From: Anaerolineae bacterium
GTDB lineage: Bacteria > Chloroflexota > Anaerolineae > Aggregatilineales > UBA3940
Direction of reading: 5' to 3'
DNA length: 64,000 nt
NCBI GenBank assembly: GCA_034434995.1
Contig: DAOTYF010000026.1
Coordinates: forward strand, 3,492 to 67,491
Shown here piece by piece: positions 59,035 to 64,000 of the stretch (its first letter is position 1; every line of letters begins with the position of its first letter). Position numbers and translations under genes: made by a program. The notes below the pieces were generated by a model. The model saw only the letters and a list, made by a program, of their open reading frames with translations. It was not told the origin of the DNA and made no database searches.

Positions 59035-59922
59035 GTGAAGATCGGTGTTGTGTTTCCCCAAACCGAGTTTGGCAACGATCCCGCCGCCATCCGGGACTAT
59101 GCTCAGGCCGCGGAAGAACTGGGCTATACCCACATCCTTGCCTACGACCATGTGCTGGGCGCGAATCCAGATCGCCCCGGCGGCTGGACAGGCCCCTATA
59201 CTTACGAGGATCCATTCCATGAGCCATTCGTCCTGTTCGGTTATGTAGCGGCTGTGACCCGGACTATCGAGCTTGTTACTGGCATTTTGATCCTGCCACA
59301 ACGCCAGACCGCACTGGTTGCCAAACAGGCTGCCACGCTCGATGTTCTGAGCAAGGGGCGACTTCGACTGGGTGTTGGGTTAGGATGGAATGAGGTGGAG
59401 TACATCGCGCTCAACCAGGATTTCCATACTCGTGGGCGGCGCATTGAAGAGCAGATTCGGTTGCTTCGTGAGCTGTGGAGCCAACCCCTGATCCACTTTG
59501 TAGGTGAGTGGCACACCGTTCCAGATGCCGGGATTAACCCTCTGCCTCACCAACGACCGATTCCTGTGTGGTTCGGCGGCCATGCAGACCCTGTACTGCG
59601 GCGTATTGCCCGGATCGGAGATGGCTGGCTTCTGAACTACCGTACAGCGGCAGAGGCGCGCCCTCACCTTGATCAGCTTGATCGCTATCTCGAACAGGCA
59701 GGGCGGTCTAGGTCGGTCATTGGAATTGAGGCCCGTCTCAGGTATGGCTCGGGAGATAGCTCAGAGTGGGCAGCTCGGATGCGCGAGTGGGAGTCCGTCG
59801 GGGCTACCCATTTGACTCTTAATACAATGGGGTCCGGCTTTGCAACCCCTGCGGAGCATATGGCGGCTATTCGCTCCTTTGCTGAGGCGATGGACATCCC
59901 ACGATCTCCCTCCATGCTGTAG
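59035..59922 (+). CDS. LLM-class (luciferase-like) F420-dependent oxidoreductase
   Basis: 295 aa. MKIGVVFPQTEFGNDPAAIRDYAQAAEELGYTHILAYDHVLGA... matches the TIGR03619-like F420-dependent LLM pattern as I remember it. Confidence 0.8.
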   Translation: MKIGVVFPQTEFGNDPAAIRDYAQAAEELGYTHILAYDHVLGANPDRPGGWTGPYTYEDPFHEPFVLFGYVAAVTRTIELVTGILILPQRQTALVAKQAATLDVLSKGRLRLGVGLGWNEVEYIALNQDFHTRGRRIEEQIRLLRELWSQPLIHFVGEWHTVPDAGINPLPHQRPIPVWFGGHADPVLRRIARIGDGWLLNYRTAAEARPHLDQLDRYLEQAGRSRSVIGIEARLRYGSGDSSEWAARMREWESVGATHLTLNTMGSGFATPAEHMAAIRSFAEAMDIPRSPSML

Positions 59923-60307
59923 TGATCGGGTCCCGCCGGAGACCCAAACTCTCCCCTTTTAGAGCACGAAATAACTTTCTCCCCTAGCGGGACCTGCTGT
60001 CCAACTCCAGAAGCCCTCTCATCGGTCAATATGACCCGAATGGTCATATTACACCGCTTCACGCTGATGGTGACAAATGTCACTAGCTGCCCGTACAGGT
60101 ATGCCCTATGCTGGGTAAAGGAGTCCATGTGCCTGGCTCTCTCGACAAGGCCAGGAGATCAGCAGTATTGTTCTCCATTATTTGTTCCTCACGATTAGGT
60201 AACCATCGCGTAAGGCATTCATAGTTGCGTGCGACCTGTCTAGCCCGATCGGATCATATAGATCGGCCACCAGCAAGGCGGGTCCCCACATAAAGGAGAC
60301 TGCAAAT

Positions 60308-60883
60308 ATGCCAGACGATTCGATGGGACAGAGCTTCTTTGAGCGCGTAGTAGAGGCAACACCGGGAGGCGAGCGACTCCGACTGTGCCTGCAATGTGGC
60401 ACGTGTGGCGGCTCATGCCCCTCCGGGGCCGATATGGACGCCACACCTCGTCGCCTGTTCGCCATGATTGCGGCGGGCATGGAGGATGAGGTGTTGCGGG
60501 CCAATACGCCCTGGTACTGTGTGTCGTGCTACTACTGCATGGAGCGTTGTCCGCAGGAAATCCCCATCACTGACTTCATGTATACCCTCAAGCGCATGGC
60601 CATTGCCAAAGGGCAGTATCACCGAGATGCTCATGCTGACTTCTCGAACAGCTTCATTGGCTACGTCGAGCTGTACGGGCGCAGCTTTGAGTTCGGGCTG
60701 GCAACGCGCTACCACCTGTTCCACAGCCCGTTGGGGATGGTGCGCAAGAGTGGGCTTGGATTCGAGATGATGCAGAAAGGCCGGCTGAACACCGCGCCTG
60801 AGCGCATCAGGAATGTGCCCCAGCTTACTGCCATCCTCAATGAGGCTAAGCGGATTGCCCGACAGCAGGAGATTGAACTATGA
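60308..60883 (+). CDS. hdrC: heterodisulfide reductase subunit C-like 4Fe-4S dicluster protein
   Basis: 191 aa with two ferredoxin motifs (CLQCGTCGGSCP and CVSCYYCMERCP). AAGGAG lies upstream of ATG 60308. The gene overlaps hdrB in ATGA. Confidence 0.85.
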   Translation: MPDDSMGQSFFERVVEATPGGERLRLCLQCGTCGGSCPSGADMDATPRRLFAMIAAGMEDEVLRANTPWYCVSCYYCMERCPQEIPITDFMYTLKRMAIAKGQYHRDAHADFSNSFIGYVELYGRSFEFGLATRYHLFHSPLGMVRKSGLGFEMMQKGRLNTAPERIRNVPQLTAILNEAKRIARQQEIEL

Positions 60884-61842
60884 GCCAGACGAATGGTCAC
60901 AGCTACGCTTACTATCCCGGCTGCTCCCTGCAGGCGACCGCACATGCCTACGATCTCTCCACCAAACGGGTCGCTGACATCCTGGGCATGCAGCTCCAGG
61001 AGGTCGATGACTGGAACTGCTGCGGCGCTACCGAATACTTCAGTATTATGTCATTGCCAGCCTATAGCCTAGTAGCGCGAAACCTGGCTTTGGCTGCCAA
61101 TCAAGGCGCTCAGGAACTGGTTGCTCCATGCAGCGCTTGCTATCTGAATCTCCGCAAAACCAACGACTACATGGGGAAGTACAGGTCTAAGGTTGGTGAT
61201 CCGGTCAACGAGGCGCTGGCCGCCGGGGGGTTGCACTATACTCCGGGAACAGTGAGTGTCCGCCATCTGCTTGACGTGCTGGTGACGGATATCGGCTACG
61301 ATGCCATTGCAGCCAAAGTCACCTATCCGTTGAAGGGGTTGCGGATCGCTCCGTATTATGGCTGCCTGATTGTCCGGCCCGACACGCAGTATAACCCCGA
61401 GTATCCCACCCACCTCGATGAGCTGATGCGGGTGCTGGGCGCGACGGTGGTTGATTTCCCGCTCAAGGCCCATTGCTGCGGCGGTCATATGACCCAGATC
61501 AGCGAGGAAGTCGCTTACGAGCTGATCCGGCGCATTCTCCACAATGCGGCTGAGTACGAGGCCGATCTGATCGTCACGCTGTGTCCCATGTGTCAGCTTA
61601 ACCTGGATGCTTACCAACCCCAAGCAAACCGTATGTTCGGAACTTCGTACAATCTGCCCGTGCTGTTCTTCACTCAGTTGATGGGGCTGGCCTTTGGCCT
61701 GGATGCCAAGGATGTGGGCATTGGCAGCGAGATTGTGTCGGCGCGGAACGCTCTCGCCAAGATCGGTCGAGAGGAAGAGCCGGCGGAGCGGACGCCCACA
61801 CGGCGGGACAAGAAGGCCCTGCCTATGCCTCCAATGCCGTGA
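60880..61842 (+). CDS. hdrB: heterodisulfide reductase subunit B-like protein (two CCG domains)
   Basis: 320 aa. YYPGCSL, the CCG motifs DDWNCCGA and KAHCCGGH, and CPMCQLNLD are present. Confidence 0.85.
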   Translation: MSQTNGHSYAYYPGCSLQATAHAYDLSTKRVADILGMQLQEVDDWNCCGATEYFSIMSLPAYSLVARNLALAANQGAQELVAPCSACYLNLRKTNDYMGKYRSKVGDPVNEALAAGGLHYTPGTVSVRHLLDVLVTDIGYDAIAAKVTYPLKGLRIAPYYGCLIVRPDTQYNPEYPTHLDELMRVLGATVVDFPLKAHCCGGHMTQISEEVAYELIRRILHNAAEYEADLIVTLCPMCQLNLDAYQPQANRMFGTSYNLPVLFFTQLMGLAFGLDAKDVGIGSEIVSARNALAKIGREEEPAERTPTRRDKKALPMPPMP

Positions 61843-61862
61843 CGGGAAAGGACACTGACACC

Positions 61863-63890
61863 ATGGCTGAAGAAAGAGTTGGTGTATATGTCTGCCACTG
61901 CGGCCACAACATCGCGGGGACCGTTGATGTTGAGCAGGTGGCGCAATGGGCCGCCGAGCTTCCGAATGTCGTCATCGCGCGTGACTACAAGTTCATGTGC
62001 TCCAGTCTTGGGCAGGAATTGGTCGAGCAGGATATCCGGGAATACGGCCTGACGAGGGTGGTGGTGGCAGCTTGCTCGCCCCATATGCACGAACCCACCT
62101 TTCGGAGGGCCTGCGAGCGGGCGGGCTTGAATCCTTACCTGATGGAGATGGCGAACATCCGCGAGCACGCAAGCTGGGTGCATCAGCATAGCGCTGAATC
62201 GGCCACCGATAAGGCAAAGGCATTGATCAGCGGTGCGGTTCGGCGGGTGCTGGAACTGGAGCCGCTGGAACCGTTCCGGGCGCCCATCAAAGAGACCACG
62301 CTGGTTGTTGGTGGTGGCATCGCCGGGATCAACGCTGCGTTGGAGATCGCAAACTCTGGCCATCCGGTGATTCTGGTGGAGCGCGAGCCAAGCATCGGCG
62401 GCCATATGGCCCAGTTCGACAAGACCTTCCCGACTCTCGACTGCGCTGCCTGTATCCTAACCCCCAAGATGTTCGATGTGGGCAACCACCCGAACATCAC
62501 GCTGCTGACGTACAGCGAAGTTGAGCAGGTGGATGGGTATGTCGGCAACTTCACAGTGCGCGTCCGCAAGAAGGCTCGCAAAGTCGATACCAGCCTGTGC
62601 ACAGGTTGTGGCGAATGCTGGGAGCGCTGCCCGGCCAAGGTGGTTGATACAGTCTATGAAGCCGGGTTGGGCTATCGCACGGCTGTTTACCGGCCCTTCC
62701 CACAGGCTGTTCCCAAGTATCCTGTCATCGACGTTGAAACCTGTATCTACTTCCAGAAGGGCACCTGCAAAGCCTGCCAGAAGTTCTGCCCCACGGGGGC
62801 CATCAACTTCGAGCAGGAGGATGAAACGATCATCATCGAGGCTGGCAATATCGTGCTTGCCACCGGGTACGATCTCTTCGATGCGCGCCGTATCCCACAA
62901 TATGGCTACGGGCGGCTGGCGAATGTCTTCAGCAATCTTGAGTTCGAGCGCATGACCAACGCCTCCGGCCCGACGGGTGGCAAGATCGTGCTGCGCGACG
63001 GAGTAACCGAGCCTCAGACCATTGCTATCGTGCACTGCGTTGGCAGCCGTGACAAGAACTACAATGTCTACTGCTCGGCAGTGTGCTGCATGGCAGCCCT
63101 GAAGTTCGGGCACTTGGTCAAAGAGAAAACCGGCGCAGAGGTCTACAGTTTCTACATCGACATGCGCACCATCGCCAAGAACTACGAGGAGTTCTATCTC
63201 CGCCTGCTGGACGAGGGAATGCACTTCGTTCGCGGGCGTGTGGCCGAGATTACCGATGCGGCCAGGAGACCCGGCGAGGAAGGTAAACTGATCGTCCAGG
63301 TGGAAGACACTCTGGTTGGCAAGCAACGCCGCATTCCGGTTGATATGGTCGTCCTGATGGGAGCCATTGAGCCACGCCACGATGCCGCTGAGGTGGCACA
63401 TCGGTTCGGAATCGGCTGTTCCGATGCGGGATTCTTTACCGAACGGCATCCCAAGCTCGATCCGGTTGCCACCATGACCGATGGCGTGTTCATCGCTGGC
63501 TGCTGCCAGGGGCCGAAAGACATCCCTGAGAGTGTGGGTATGGGTGCAGCAGCGGCGGCTCGTGTGCTCTCCTTGATCAGCCAGGGTGAGGTCGAAATCG
63601 AGCCGGTGCGGGCCCACATAAATGAGGAGCGCTGCTCCGGTTGCCGCATCTGTAATAACCTGTGCCCCTACAGTGCGATTGACTACATCGAGGACCTGGG
63701 TGTCAGCCGTGTTAACCCAGCTCTATGTAAAGGCTGCGGAACCTGCGTGGCTGCCTGCCCCAGCCAAGTGATTGAGGGTCAACACTTCACCTTTGACGCG
63801 ATCATGTCCCAGATCGAGGGCCTTCTCTGGGATAGACGTGGTGATGGCCATGTGACCTACGTCGAGTCTGAACCAGTCGAGGCCGCGTAG
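61863..63890 (+). CDS. hdrA: heterodisulfide reductase subunit A-like FAD/FeS protein
   Basis: The N-terminus VGVYVCHCGHNIAG, the FAD motif VVGGGIAGINAALEIANSG and several 4Fe-4S motifs (CTGCGECWERCP, CSGCRICNNLCP, CKGCGTCVAACP) are present. ATG 61863 is preferred over GTG 61839. Confidence 0.9.
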   Translation: MAEERVGVYVCHCGHNIAGTVDVEQVAQWAAELPNVVIARDYKFMCSSLGQELVEQDIREYGLTRVVVAACSPHMHEPTFRRACERAGLNPYLMEMANIREHASWVHQHSAESATDKAKALISGAVRRVLELEPLEPFRAPIKETTLVVGGGIAGINAALEIANSGHPVILVEREPSIGGHMAQFDKTFPTLDCAACILTPKMFDVGNHPNITLLTYSEVEQVDGYVGNFTVRVRKKARKVDTSLCTGCGECWERCPAKVVDTVYEAGLGYRTAVYRPFPQAVPKYPVIDVETCIYFQKGTCKACQKFCPTGAINFEQEDETIIIEAGNIVLATGYDLFDARRIPQYGYGRLANVFSNLEFERMTNASGPTGGKIVLRDGVTEPQTIAIVHCVGSRDKNYNVYCSAVCCMAALKFGHLVKEKTGAEVYSFYIDMRTIAKNYEEFYLRLLDEGMHFVRGRVAEITDAARRPGEEGKLIVQVEDTLVGKQRRIPVDMVVLMGAIEPRHDAAEVAHRFGIGCSDAGFFTERHPKLDPVATMTDGVFIAGCCQGPKDIPESVGMGAAAAARVLSLISQGEVEIEPVRAHINEERCSGCRICNNLCPYSAIDYIEDLGVSRVNPALCKGCGTCVAACPSQVIEGQHFTFDAIMSQIEGLLWDRRGDGHVTYVESEPVEAA

Positions 63891-63904
63891 AGGAGAGACC
63901 TATT

Positions 63905-64000
63905 ATGCCTAAGCGAGACTATAGCCTCACCAACCCGGCCTGGGGCGATAGACGCCCGGTGATCGTCGGGTTTCTATGCAACTGGTGTTCGTACCGCGCT
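63905..64000 (+). CDS. mvhD: MvhD-like (methyl-viologen-reducing hydrogenase delta subunit family) protein, N-terminal fragment truncated by the window edge
   Basis: MPKRDYSLTNPAWGDRRPVIVGFLCNWCSYRA has the IVGFxCNWCSY start typical of MvhD. It begins 14 nt after hdrA. Confidence 0.65.
   Translation, partial: MPKRDYSLTNPAWGDRRPVIVGFLCNWCSYRA

Noticed and set aside
59685-60504. Minus-strand ORFs 59685-60128 and 60178-60504 spanning the hdr upstream region
   Set aside because: They overlap the 3' end of the LLM gene and the 5' end of hdrC respectively. They have no motifs and no plausible SD. The region is better explained as a regulatory intergenic spacer.
1-64000. CRISPR arrays, tRNA/rRNA genes, IS elements, integrases and prophage blocks
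   Set aside because: I saw no regularly spaced direct repeats. Every intergenic gap is under about 450 nt and none contains a tRNA-like T-arm/acceptor pattern that I could spot. No transposase, integrase or phage structural gene signatures appear in any frame. Systematic repeat or tRNA scanning (tRNAscan-SE, minced, ISEScan) was not possible by eye and would be the definitive check.

Overview
This is a high-GC chromosomal window (roughly 58-60% by eye, not computed) with about 52 protein-coding genes packed on both strands. I found no rRNA, tRNA, CRISPR array, transposase or integrase. All product calls come from reading motifs in the translations; no database search was possible.

The housekeeping backbone includes:
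- mreB-mreC-mreD-mrdA, followed by a DUF2723-type GT-C membrane protein that runs off the left edge and is missing from the ORF track
- rplS and murI
- gyrA, whose stop overlaps the start of a polytopic GAF histidine kinase
- gyrB, 45 kb away on the other strand
- ubiE/menG, a family-4 uracil-DNA glycosylase, a split ThrE (YjjP/YjjB-like) exporter, and assorted oxidoreductases
- a Dpp/Opp-type ABC importer
- a MacB/FtsX-type ABC exporter with two tandem HlyD adaptors
- an F420-type LLM oxidoreductase next to hdrC-hdrB-hdrA-mvhD at the right edge

The gene content (Hdr/MvhD, F420-LLM, DUF2723, HTH-STAND-TPR) suggests a Chloroflexota-like bacterium, but that is inference only.

Candidates for something new, in order of interest:
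1. A self-contained three-gene operon (13.4-17.2 kb) encodes a NurA nuclease, an unrecognised 205-aa protein that looks like a stand-alone copy of the HerA HAS-barrel, and a HerA ATPase. It has an SOS-box-like inverted repeat in its promoter and a strong bidirectional terminator.
2. A five-gene operon (30.7-37.9 kb) encodes an unknown protein, an APC permease, a P-type ATPase and two TrkA/RCK proteins. It has no TrkH/KtrB, and the ATPase phosphorylation motif reads DKGGT instead of the canonical DKTGT.
3. A deoxynucleoside kinase fused to a MazG-like NTP pyrophosphohydrolase sits beside a second deoxynucleoside kinase.
4. The ABC exporter's ATPase carries a C-terminal cyclic-nucleotide-binding domain.
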